Origin: Tubulanus polymorphus
Lineage: Eukaryota > Animalia > Nemertea
DNA: 64,000 nucleotides
Reading direction: 5' to 3'
Assembly (NCBI RefSeq): GCF_964204645.1
Contig: NC_134030.1
Location: 4,196,778 to 4,260,777, forward strand
Made by a program: the position numbers and the translations under genes. Of this stretch, positions 10,904 through 22,943 are shown one piece after another. Below the pieces are notes generated by a model. It was not told where the DNA came from. It made no database searches and saw nothing but the letters and a program-made list of their open reading frames with translations. Position 1 is the first letter of the stretch. Each line of letters begins with the position of its first letter.

Positions 10904-12527
10904 ATGGTGGGTATACGTAGTTTCGACCAAATATATATTCGCTTAAATTGACACTGAATCAAAACAGACTGAATTACTTTTATTTTGCACTTGCTTAAGG
11001 GGTATTGCTTTGTAAACAACATAATTTCTTTTTTTTACTCATAGGATCCAACACGCATTTTGGTAATTGCTTGCGCCATACGTAAGTATTGGCTGAGTTC
11101 ATGTTAAATTTCAACATGAACATTTTAACATTATTTTATAGATTTTAACATTATTTTATAGATCTGCGCTATATAAGAAAATATATTAGTATTATTATCA
11201 TTATCATTAAATGATGTGAAATTATGAATGCGTATAGAATGAATTGATATTACGTACGGATTCATCGGGTCATACGGAAGCGATAAGAGGCCAACAACGT
11301 GGCGACAATAATTATGCCCACATATCGCGAAATATCGAATCAAGTCAACATTGATGTGTCCACGTTTTGACGACATATTTCGTTTTGTCGGCAAAACCCG
11401 TACATTCACCTCAGCATATTAGCCGTCAAGAAGACCGTCGATAATCTCAGTGCACCAGTTCCGTGCAAACATCAGCCCCCTGAAGAAATTATCTCTTTTT
11501 CCTGCAAGGCTCACAACCCTCAAATGTAAAACCCTAGAGCTGCGTTTATGTTTTCTAGTTGGTATTGGTCTAGCCGCACCGTATGTAACTTCTAACGAAG
11601 AGGAAATCTATCGTCTGCTCGCCGAACAAATTCTGGAAGCTCGCCTGGCTGAGGAGGGTAAGCCTAGATAGTTATTCCTAATGTAGCGATCCGGATATGA
11701 TGGTGAATTATTATGAATTATGATGATGATGATATGAATTTTCTTTTCTAGCCTTTGTGCCACAACTGAGAGATGATAACCCACGTCTTTCTGATTCTGA
11801 AGGTGAGTGAGAATAAAAAGTTAACTCGACTTGTGTTCTAATGCCTGTATTCATATATACGATATGAAGGACCCAATATCTGGGTAAACATAAGTTAGTA
11901 AATCATTGACAATGAAATTCTCTTTTTCACAAGTTGAGGCTGCCCTTGCTGATAGTTTCGAAGGTACGTACAATCTTGGAGTAATCATTTGATAACGATT
12001 ACTCCAAGGTACGACGACGCTAAAAAAATACGAACAAAATTACGATGAATATTCAACTGCGGTTCTTATTTCGGTCCGTAAATATTATATTCATGAATCC
12101 TCTTTTTTCAAGAACTTTGAATTATGTTTTACTTTGTATTTCTAGATGATGAATCGATCTCTCGAAGGGAAACCTTCAGTAAGCTTAATTTTTTTTCTAT
12201 CCCATGATGCACCGCATTCAAATTCAAATATGCGACGGACTTAACGTGTAGCGTTTAAAAGGTTGAATCAATGTTTTGCATAAATCTTATTTCGTTCGTT
12301 TTATAGAATGCGGGTTTGCGGATAAGGGAACTATGAGTGGCTCATCTCAGCTGATCAACATCAATGGCTCGGGTGCTAATGTCTGTCAGCTTAGGTGTCG
12401 TAGAGGTAGCCACGCCGCCGGTTGCAAGGGAATGATGTTCAAGGATGATAAATGTTACCTATTTACGGAGATCACTGATATCACGCCGGTTGAGACTTCA
12501 GAGGCTACCATATACAAGAAATGTTAA
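10904..12527 (+). CDS. Secreted prepropeptide with C-terminal six-Cys PAN/apple-like domain, 7 exons, 157 aa
   Basis: Exons 10904-10906 (ATG|gtgggt), 11045-11081, 11559-11657, 11752-11802, 11934-11963, 12146-12178, 12307-12527; all GT-AG, phases consistent (474 nt). Signal MDPTRILVIACAILGIGLA, acidic pro-region, RR, mature ETFKC...CQLRC...GCKGMMFKDDKCYLF...YKKC. TATAAA at 10843 and TCAGTT at 10865 upstream. Confidence 0.8.
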
Positions 12528-12867
12528 ATACCTGTTTAATACCAAAGTATATATGTATAACTCCTGGCACCTTTCGATGCTGCAAACTTCACTTATTTTC
12601 CATATCGTGAATTGTGAGTCTACGTTCTTTGATTTGAATATACATATATGATTGAAGTTACAGATGTTTATGTATTCCAGACAGTGATGTATCAGTAACT
12701 GAAGTAAAATATGCAGAATATATCATTGCTTCGTTGATATAACATACGTTTTCTTTTCTTATGGATTTTATTTTCGTTGACTAACAATTGCAAGGGATAT
12801 AACATGTTAATTCACGTTAAGTTGTGCCGGTAGAAGGATGATGCTTATGTTTCAAGTTGAATTATTC

Positions 12868-15015
12868 TCAACTTTCCGTCCAGTCAGTCTTATCATCGTT
12901 TTTTACGTTATTTGGTGTCTCCGGTAAAGCTGTAGTATTCGTTTCGATTGGACGATCACTCACCGGCGAATTCTCCGCCGAATTGCACGGTGCGGATTGC
13001 TGCCTTTTTTGTCTTCCTGTTACCATAGCGAACACGTCGTTTTTACACGTGAACGCAACTAATATGAAAAATCCCTGTGAAGTATTAAAAATCACGTAAA
13101 AATACCAGATGATAATGCTATCGACGGCATTAGCGACGTATACTAAAATCCACGCGGTTCCCATCAGTAATGTCAGCGTGAAATACATGCAAATCTCAAT
13201 TCTGCCGTTTTTCGCAAATGTCTCATTTGAGTGCTTGTGTTCCGAACAGATTCTGTAAACGCAAAGACCGAAACAACTAATATTTATGAACAGAATAAAT
13301 CCCACAGGAATCATGAATAGAAATACATGTCCCATCGCGTTGGCCATCCAACAAACGTGTCCATTACCATATGAGGGACTGAAATGTGTTACCGTGGCTT
13401 CGTAATAATCTAACAAAACGCCTAAACTGACTAAAGCTGCCGGAGTAAGCCAGGCGTACGCGTTGTATTTCAAAAATACGCTCAGATTTTTTGTCGGCGA
13501 TGGCGCAACGCGATGTTTGAAAGCACGCGTAGCGTTCACGGGCAAGCAGCTCAACCAGAAAAACGCCGCTAAGAAGAAATAGTGGGTAAGTATCGCGAAT
13601 ATCTTACAAGTCAATCGTTGTCGAGTCCAACCGATACCGACGATTAACAATATTTGGGCTGTGAATAAAGACGCGTCGAGACACATCAGACATTGCCCTC
13701 GTAGATTCCGTAACGTCGGAAAACAGGTGTACATGATGAAATTAACTAGCAACGCTACCACGGATATTACACTGCAGATATTCCATAGCAGCGTCTGCCG
13801 CGGATCTTCGCTGGAGAATGTGAACTTTTCAAAAATCGTCTTCGCTCGTCCGCCGCATAATTTCAACGTACCGTTAACGATCGTATAGTTTTGCGGCGGA
13901 AATATCGCCTCGGTTTTCAGCAGTTTGGCGCTTTTATTCCGCATGACGACGAATTCCGATGCGTTAAACGTCACGAGGGCGCAAGGCGCGTCGTCGTCGC
14001 CATCTATCGGCAAGCACCGTCTGTCCACCAGACGGAAGCCGAAAGGACAAACTAGTGTCCGGCAATTATTTGAGAACGGATCGTATATCTCATCGATGTG
14101 CGAACAGTTGAATCGTTTGCTATTCACGTCGTAGAGAAACGATATAGAAGTTTCATTGTTTGGAGTGTTAAACTGAATATACGCAGATCGCCTGGGATAC
14201 GCGCAAGTGAATCCTGCTGTACGTAATCTGACGAAGTTGCACTTGGCGCAGTAGGCGTTTTTGTAACTCTTATTCGATGTTCTCGACGTCACGATAGCGG
14301 TGCCGTTGTTAGCGCATTTCTGCTTCGAGATAGGCTCCCTCCAACGATCGTGACATTTTTCTATCAAATGATCTCGACGATTCTGGCATTTTAACGGCGT
14401 TATACCGATATTTTCCGTAGAATACATTTGTACGCATTCTGATTCGTTCGCGATGCGTTTAATGGTCGCATTTCCGACCATTTCAGTTTCGACCAAGCTC
14501 ACCACGCATTTTTTATCGATAGTCCAGAATTTGATGTTGTAGTCTTCCCAACACAAAGCGCAGAACATATTTCTATAAGTCACGCCCAACTCGTCACTCA
14601 TTACCGGCCATAACGATAGCCGGAAATCATAGCGTCTTCTCAACACGTTGAACAAATCTCGGTCGTAACTCCCGCTACATAACGAATCAAGCTTTGGGTC
14701 GTTAACGCCAGGGGGACACTGATTCACGACATATTTGCCAGCCTCGCACAACGCGTGTCCTCTATATCTGAGTAGCCGAATATTTTCAGGTTTGTAGTCG
14801 CGGCAACATGTTCCCTCGATCAGGCAAGAGTCGACGCAAGAGCAGGTTTCCCTATTCGCCATCGAGTTGTCGCCGCAACGCGCGATTTTTTCGCATCTGC
14901 TGCCCAGCAGTTCGAAGGTCCTGCGTCCGTCACAGAAACCGTACATACCAAACGTTATTAGCAACATGAGTAAAATTCCACCCGAAAAAACGCCAATGAA
15001 CTTGATACCTTCCAT
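12868..15015 (-). CDS. Intronless class-B (secretin/adhesion/Methuselah-like) GPCR with SMB-like and Cys-rich ectodomain, 715 aa
   Basis: Single long ORF. N-terminal hydrophobic segment, somatomedin-B-like CSCVDSCLIEGTCCRDY, repeated Y(R/K)NxxCAxC modules, 7TM with LRNLRG, CKIFAILTHYFFLAAFFW, YAWLTP, CWM, FNTSQGFFILVAFT; no obvious GPS motif. Confidence 0.88.
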   Translation of the reverse strand: MEGIKFIGVFSGGILLMLLITFGMYGFCDGRRTFELLGSRCEKIARCGDNSMANRETCSCVDSCLIEGTCCRDYKPENIRLLRYRGHALCEAGKYVVNQCPPGVNDPKLDSLCSGSYDRDLFNVLRRRYDFRLSLWPVMSDELGVTYRNMFCALCWEDYNIKFWTIDKKCVVSLVETEMVGNATIKRIANESECVQMYSTENIGITPLKCQNRRDHLIEKCHDRWREPISKQKCANNGTAIVTSRTSNKSYKNAYCAKCNFVRLRTAGFTCAYPRRSAYIQFNTPNNETSISFLYDVNSKRFNCSHIDEIYDPFSNNCRTLVCPFGFRLVDRRCLPIDGDDDAPCALVTFNASEFVVMRNKSAKLLKTEAIFPPQNYTIVNGTLKLCGGRAKTIFEKFTFSSEDPRQTLLWNICSVISVVALLVNFIMYTCFPTLRNLRGQCLMCLDASLFTAQILLIVGIGWTRQRLTCKIFAILTHYFFLAAFFWLSCLPVNATRAFKHRVAPSPTKNLSVFLKYNAYAWLTPAALVSLGVLLDYYEATVTHFSPSYGNGHVCWMANAMGHVFLFMIPVGFILFINISCFGLCVYRICSEHKHSNETFAKNGRIEICMYFTLTLLMGTAWILVYVANAVDSIIIWYFYVIFNTSQGFFILVAFTCKNDVFAMVTGRQKRQQSAPCNSAENSPVSDRPIETNTTALPETPNNVKNDDKTDWTES

Positions 15016-15734
15016 CGTTTAGTATGCCAGTGTTTAGCTGGTTTCAGAGCGTTCATCAGTAGCAGTTTGTGTATTCACTTTTCAAACAACGATATAACCC
15101 ACTTTCCTGACGATGGTGAATTCGAAGAGAGATGTTTAGATATATCTATACTCCCCTTCCATCGGTAGTGGCGAGTTTTCCCCGGTCGACTGGTTTGAAT
15201 GAGATGCTATACACAGTAAAAGCGCATCGTCTACGTACATCGAGATACCAAAAAAACAGTAAAACAAAATCCGAGATAAACTTGAGCAGCAAATAAACGG
15301 CGGAGCAGGCCTTTATTGCGCATGCAGCGCCTCTGTAGCCTGGTTATTAGGCATGTTTAGATGTATAGGCCTCTGCTGATGTGGGTAATTGGCCGCGTAA
15401 TGAGGGGGGCAAAATACAGAGTATTTGGGCCATTAAAACAACACCGCTTTTGATTCATTGTAATTATCCCCGTGGCTCCACGCTGTGCGATAATATTTCA
15501 TCGAACGTCGACTGCAACGCAGACTAGTTAAGTGTTTCGCCGGATAATTTGATAATATTCGTGCCATCTATTTCCACGCGGCGACCCATTTTCGCGTCAA
15601 CCGGGTCGCCGTGTTTATATTACACCGAAATTAGACAGCATTGTGATGAGCGATAATTCATATTCTGAAGCGGTGTTCTATTATGTCACATTCTTTTTTC
15701 ACCAAAATTGTGGTCTTGATACCTTTTGATCCTC

Positions 15735-15955
15735 CGAGGCGTTTTTACGAGCATCCGATTTTTGCGATCGATTTCGTGAACGATTTGCTCCGATCGTACG
15801 ATCGAATCGAACGTTCGTAAATATGGCGACGTTGAGAAAAAAATGTATGAGGCGTTTTTACGAGCATCCGATTTTTGCGATCGATGCTCGTAAAAACGCC
15901 TCGAGCGAGTTGGTCGATTTCAAAAATCGATCGCAAAAATCGGATGCTCGTAAAA
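15735..15955. repeat. Composite direct/inverted repeat (MITE-like palindrome)
   Basis: GAGGCGTTTTTACGAGCATCCGATTTTTGCGATCGAT at ~15736 and ~15849; its reverse complement at ~15884-15903 (partial) and ~15926-15955. Confidence 0.7.
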
Positions 15956-16096
15956 TCTCCTCCGGTGAGAATCGATCGGTCCTTGGGGAACCCAGCTTGC
16001 CGCAGCCAGTGTCATATATTGACTGTCAGGTGCTGCCCCTAAATTAATCGTAGGCGGTGACCATATTTGTGAACTAACCCACTAATACAACATTCT

Positions 16097-16258
16097 GGGC
16101 CAAATTCGGTTTTCGTATCTAATCGACTAGTGGTCGGAACTAATAACCGAATGCGCTTGATTTTCGAACTATTTCCGGAACATAGCTCCGACAAACGGAC
16201 ATTCGGTTTCGTTTAGTTCGACTATAGTCGACTTACTCAGATAACCGAAGGCGGCCCC
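16097..16258. mobile_element. Degenerate palindromic MITE-like element
   Basis: GGGCCAAATTCGGTT ... AACCGAAGGCGGCCCC ends with internal ATTCGGTT/AACCGAA subrepeats. Confidence 0.4.
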
Positions 16259-16847
16259 TTATGTGATGTGCGAGTAATAAGTTAGTTCACATATTTACAG
16301 TCAATAGGGCGCCGCACTTGGCGGTTAAAAATTGTTTACAATTTTCCCTAGGGAATTTGAGTCTAAGCTATCATACTGTATTATCATCTAAAAATAATTT
16401 AAACCCATACTGCAATATAAGAAATCAACCTTTTGTTCTAACAGAAAATTATTTTCGCCGATTGGGCCGAGCCGAGGCAAGTTCCCGTTCGCCTTCGTTC
16501 GCAGCACTGTGGGATAAGGTGAGAAAAATTTTCCGTTCCAAAATATATTTTCTTCAATAGATTAACATAATATAGGAATTCTTACGAGTCTCTTTTATAT
16601 TATTGCCTACTAGAGAACAGGTTGAAAAGAGTGGTAAAATGAAAAGCTAGCGTGACTCAAACAATCCAACCGTACTGAGCGAACTTGCGCTTGTTTCGAC
16701 CCTTTTGGCAACACGCCATGCTTAATACGCTTCACACGTGCCTCGAGAGAAAAATGATCGCTATATCGGAAAGCCTTTTTTGGGGAACCTGTACCACCCC
16801 CCCCCCCTCCCCAACACACACACACACACACACAATTTTGATATTTG

Positions 16848-16928
16848 GTATTTGATAGCCACAACTAACAATTTTCAGCTGCTACGTTCTGGAATTGACG
16901 GATGGTATTGGTAATTTGAGAGGATATA
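16848..16928 (+). pseudogene. Orphan SLC6 intron-3/exon-4 fragment (relic of an extra array copy)
   Basis: tatttgatagccacaactaacaattttcag...acgttctggaattgacggatggtattggtaat closely matches 18240-18306 of SLC6 copy 1, but lies upstream of the copy-1 start codon and is truncated. Confidence 0.8.
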
Positions 16929-17240
16929 AATTTTTTGTATTGAACTGGAAAAATATGTTAATGTTGAAAACAATATAGATTCGTAATCGATTCTCTTTTT
17001 CGTACTGTTTGTTTAACTTGTGCTTAGAAATTACGATATCGAGTTATCAACGAGCTTTGAAAGAAATCAAACGCCGTCCTAAACGTGTTTGATGTGTATT
17101 ATATTCGCCCGAATGAATTCGAGGTGAACTGTACTGAACTAGTTATAGGCGTGCATTCAATCTATACAATTTGGGTTTTCAATACCAGTTCAAGCGTCGC
17201 TTGTCATATCAGTTCTTTAAGTTGTAAATGATCGACGAAC

Positions 17241-20200
17241 ATGGTTGTCAGCAGTTGTTGCGGTAACCGACGAGAAACCGTTTCTAAAAATGTCAACGGT
17301 GCAGCAGCAAAGAAGCTGATGATACAAGAGGAATCATGCGAAGACCAAACAGAGCACAAAAAAGAAAAATGGGGAAGCGACGTGGAGTTTTTTCTCTCTT
17401 GTGTCGGGTATGGAGTCGGTCTTGGAAATATTTGGCGTTTTCCGTATCTGTGTCTACGGAACGGTGGAGGTAAGCAAAAATAATCTCGACGATCTTCTTT
17501 TCGAAACATAACTGGAAAATGATAGAAACGCTCATACAGATTCACTATTCACGCGATCAATTGAAGTTTTATGTTAAACGTTTGTGATATTGTCATATTT
17601 GCAGGTGCGTTTTTGATCGCATATTTCACGTTCATGATCATTGGAGGAATACCGTTATATTTTCTTGAACTCTGTATCGGTCAATATTCCGGTAAAAGTC
17701 CGATAGCAGCTTTTGAAGCGCTATGTCCGATGGCAGCAGGTAATAATAATTTCTATCGTCTCGGCGTTACTTCTGAATAGGATCTAGAAGGCCTTTCATG
17801 TATATTTGTTGATTTTACTGACCTAACCCGAACTTATGCGTGATCTATTTTCTATAATATATAGGTTTAGGATGGGCAATGCTGATACCCTCAGCAATAT
17901 GTTTAATCTACCTGCATACAATTATGAACTGGATCCTGTATTATTTCGGTATGACATTTACAAGCTGGGAACCGGTTTGGGGGCGCTGTGATAATGTTTG
18001 GAATACCCCGAATTGTGTGATTACCGGGAAGCAGTCGGTCAATCAGACAAACCAAACAGCGATGATGAACGAAACAACCACCAACTACTCACCATCAAAT
18101 ATCAGTTTCGTGTTGTCGAATGAATCATCTCTGAAACCGATGTCATCAGGGGAGGAATTCTGGCAGTACGTTTTCGGAATGATACATTATCCCATCTTAC
18201 AATTTGGAGAGTATAGAAATATATATCAGGTGATATTGATATTTGATAGCCACAACCAACAATTTTCAGGTACAACGTTCTGGAATTAACGGATGGTATT
18301 GGTAATATTGGAGGATTTCGTTGGGAGTTGATAGTCTGTCACATAGCCGCTTGGATAATCGTTTATGCGTGTCTGTGCAAAGGAGTGCAATCTTCTGGGA
18401 AGGTAATTATCATAAGGTGAACGACCACTGTTAAACACTGCGGGAATACCAATCAAAGGCATGAAGTATGTACAATTGTATGTGAAAGGGTCAACTTACA
18501 TTATAATTATAGCAACAAAATGCCTTTTGTTATAAGTTCACATCGACTAAAAATCGTATTCAATGTGTTTTATACATTGATATTTGATGATACTCTTTTT
18601 CAAACCTTTAACTGATTATTCTGGTAATTTGTTTTCTTGTCTGCTATTCAGGTAATATATGTGACCGCAACAGCTCCATTTGTTTGCCTAATCGCCTTAT
18701 TAATAAGAGGTGTTACTCTTCCGGGGGCTCTAGATGGAATCATGTATTTTGTCGTACCCGAATGGAGTAAACTTCTCTCCGTTAAGGTAAATCATTTTCA
18801 TCACAAAACCTATGTTGAAACGTATCTGCTGTTGAATATCTTAGATGTTAAAGAAGAGAACTATATTGTATTATCGTAGATCTGGGCTGAAGCTTGTTTG
18901 CAGATATATTACTCAATCGGTCCAGGTTGGGGTGGTCTGATTACAATGGCAAGCTACAATAGATTCAATCAGAATATCTATCGGTGAGTTATTTTTCTGT
19001 CTCTATTTTCTCGTTATTTCCTTTCTTTCGTGCTGTCAATTTGCATTTTTGTCATTTCTCACAGAGACGCTATAGTCGTTCCTGTTATCACGTGTTTTAC
19101 TAGTTTATTCGCCGGATTCGTTACTTTTTCAATCATCGGTAACCTAGCACACCAGGCTGGTGTTACAGTAAGCGAGGCCCTTACCTCCGGTAAGATATGA
19201 CTCCACATTTACTCTAATTCTTTCGGCTGGGGTTGAAACAAAGCATACCTGCGTCGACGGATCAGGAAGTTAGAAGTCATTCGGTTGGATGATATGAGAA
19301 ATTCGGATAAATTCTATCTGTTGTTGTTATAAACTTTTACCTCTAAAGCGCGTACTGCTTATCATTCTTATTCTAAATACGTTTGTTTATACATTAGGTC
19401 CCGGTCTAGCGTTCATCGTTTTCCCGATGGCCCTTGCCAAAATACCAGGAGCGGCGATCTGGTCGGGTTTATTTTTCATCATGCTAATGACCGTTGGACT
19501 CGATACACAGGTACGTATACGTCTTCTGAGCAATAATATCGCTATTCATAAAAGATCCATGAGATCCGAACGTATGAAGCATTTTTTCATGTTAGCATCA
19601 CGTCAACGAACTACGGAACCTAATTTCATAATTGTAGTTTGTTATTATTTTACAATGTATAGTTTGTAACGATGGAAACGTTGGTCACAACGTTGACGGA
19701 TAAGTACCCGATTTTACGGAAGCGAAAGTCGCTGTTTATATTTTGTATCGTGATCGTGTGTTTCCTGCTTGGTCTTCTGTTCTCCAGTCGAGTGAGTATT
19801 CAATATTCCTGTTTTATGCTCTTACGCCTTGCTGAGTCTAGATAGAATATAGGGAGCTCCGGGAGTTACAGGGTGAAAAATGAATATTCTTCTTTTTTTT
19901 CGTTGGATTTCCAGTCGAACGAAATATTCGTTTCTTTACTTATTTTTCACCATGTCACCTCCGGGGCTCCGTAAGAATACGCCGTTAACTACATTTTGAA
20001 AACAGATGATCGCTTCTTTGTAACTTTTCTTTTCTATATACCCGAACGACTTTTTCAAACACATCCGAAATGAATTTTTAGACAAAATACACTTTCAACA
20101 GGCATTTTGCTTGAAGTGCTGCACCCGTAACCTGCATGGAAAATATGTGATTTTTTCTTAGAGCGGAATGTATTGGTTTCAACTATTCGATTGGTATGTG

Positions 20201-21234
20201 GCGATGGTAGCGTTATTACTAGTATCAGCATTGGAATGTATAGTTGTGACTTATATTTACGGTACGCTTCGTTTGGCCATGCGCTCACAATTCGCCTCTT
20301 CACTCGAACTCGCAGAGCCAGGACATGTTTGGATACATATGTCACAAACAACGATGAGAACTACATGTTACTAGAAAAACAACCACGCATAATTCTGAAT
20401 AAGCGATTAGTTAATTCGTTGCGTCATTTTCATTTATACAAATATCTCAGTCAACTATGAATAAATGAATTACTTAACATTTTACGAATTTTTTCACATA
20501 CATATAGTAATACGTACTTTATCTAAAAACAACAGCAAGTATTAAAGATTTCAAATCGGATTGAGCGCTAATTATGGTTAAAGCGTCACTTCGATAGCTA
20601 CGTATACTTGCTGGTTAAGTATTAACGAGTAGATTAATTTAACACTATTGCAGGAATAAGCAGGGTGTATAAAGATATAGAAGCTATGATTGGATACCGT
20701 CCGTCGTGTTTCATGAAGGTATTATGGTGTTCCGTTACTCCTCTCGTTACTGTGGTGAGTGTATTCGTAGATGTCTCCTGCAAATCGTTACTCCACCAAT
20801 GATTCACTTTTGAATATTCATCATGAGATTTTTGTTTTCATTATACAATCCAGGCTATGCTGATCTATGTTATGGTACAGCAGGTTCCACCCTACTATGG
20901 TGACTATTTCTACCCTGATTGGGCTGTTGGTATTGGCTGGTTGATCGCCACAATTTCAACCGTACCCATACCATACTTCATTTGTAGAGAGCTTTATCGC
21001 AATACGGGAACACTGAAAGAGGTAATTTAGGTTTCACACTTTGCGAGATATCTGTCAATGAATGTTCACGTAATTCCTACCAAGACTTCACTTTTACACT
21101 TGGGTATTTTATCTATGTTTTTCAAATAGCGATTCCTGAAAGGGCTCAAATCGACTGAAGATTGGGTACCTGCAAATGAACAGAACAAAGCGGATTCTCA
21201 AATACCGATGGTGAATTTAAAACCCGGAGTATAG
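17241..21234 (+). CDS. SLC6 (NSS) Na+/Cl- dependent transporter, amino-acid subfamily-like, array copy 1, 13 exons
   Basis: [88 protein letters not shown]; GT-AG introns; stop TAG at 21232-21234. Confidence 0.92.
19850..19973. mobile_element. MITE-like element in SLC6 copy 1 intron
   Basis: Imperfect ~30-bp inverted ends TAGGGAGCTCCGGGAGTTACAGGGTGAAAAAT / ATTTTTCACCATGTCACCTCCGGGGCTCCGTA; not seen in the equivalent introns of the other copies. Confidence 0.55.
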
Positions 21235-22943
21235 AGTTCGCTATATCCTGATGCGTATTTTAACATTGATCTTTCGACGAAAGAACTAACTATTCGATAG
21301 CAGAATCGATTTACAAATGATGTATATTACATCAGTAATTTGAAAGACTGAGCTTTGGACTAGCTTTGTGTAATGTTATCAACCTGATAATATCATTATG
21401 CAATATGGATACTGCTGATTTGTGACAGCCTAGATTAAACCATGGACGTGTAATCTCCCGATTCAAACGTCCACGATCTGAAACTGTGGACCCATTTTTC
21501 CGGGTCGAAGCTACACCCCAAGTAACTAGCGCTGATTATTCAACGATTTCTTTTGTGTACGAGAAATGCAGCCTCCGTCCAGCTTCTAGAGATCTCATGT
21601 TATATAGTGAGACTATTTTCATAGTTTTATGTACCTACATCGCATCGTGGGATGAATTTTATTTTGTATTTTATCATTATTATCAATATCAATATTATTA
21701 CAATACCATATCAAATATATTATTTGAGGTTGTTGCATTCGAAAAATATACATTTTGAGCTTTATCATATCATTGGTTCATTTATTGGTGCTATTTATTC
21801 TGATCCTATTCTCGAACAATGGTCAACGTCTGAAATCCGGAACAGATCGAACCAGTAACGATAGAACTATGCGCTCGGAATACCAAAACTGGACTGACTT
21901 CATTTTACACAATTTTACATACATTGGAAACAATACGAGTAGAAACAAGGGAATTGATGTACAAACAAAGGTGATGAGTAATGACACGACAAGAGAGACG
22001 AACAATAATCAACACGCAGAACTGTCTCAAAGGAACATAGAGTAATTACATACAGCCATTTAAAAATTAAGAGAATATGAATATAGATTATACAAGAATT
22101 AGTGAACTTTGGCTTTGCTATACTATATGAGGATCCACTTCGGCGACGTCTATATTATAAGAAGATGTACACATGACACAGACACAAAGAGGGATTCCTT
22201 ATATGATAAATGATTTTATTTTAGAATTTGAGATGATGATTATCATCAGTATTCAAGACCCAGCAGCTTATTCTTTGCGGACTGGGAAGCGAGTGGCCCC
22301 TGGTTCGAAACCACCTTTGGCGTTGACGTTAGCGTTTTAGATATATACGATTTAGATCAGAGTCTTATTGCGTCGTTGACTATCACACCAGACTACCAAT
22401 TGACATGATATTCGAAACCATGAAGTGGTTGCGTATATCGGCGAGCGGGTCGATTTGAAAGATAATTCCCATAGGTGGAATTTATTGGCAAATTATCAGA
22501 TTGGCAAATTATCAGGTCATTTTCAAACAAACTCATCACTTATCATGTGCCATAAGTAAACAAATCCAATAACTTTGATATCATGAAATTTGGTGGAGTA
22601 GATCATATACAATTTTCTGTCGTCACTTATTGATATTAAAGCTACATTAAAAGGTTATCATTACCTAGGTCATCTATATCCTATTCGAAGATTAATTCAC
22701 ATTCTTCAAACTTCTGTCGATAGGTGTTGATTTTGATGATATACGTAAACAACCGCATGTGTCACAGCTTTGGTAAGTAATATATTCACTAATGCTTATT
22801 ATTATAACATGATCATCATATATTCAAATTCCATGCATTTCGATTATGCACAGGTGTTTTGAAACAACTGCGTACACTATAGATATACTCATGTGCATCA
22901 GATGTAGGACCGATGATCGTGTGATTATTGACAAATCAAGATT

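Noticed and set aside
15735-15955. CRISPR-like repeated 37-mer
   Set aside because: Eukaryotic context, only two direct copies plus inverted copies, no regular spacers, no cas genes
22280-22400. tRNA/SINE-like B box GGTTCGAAACC
   Set aside because: No clear A box or boundaries; too little evidence to annotate
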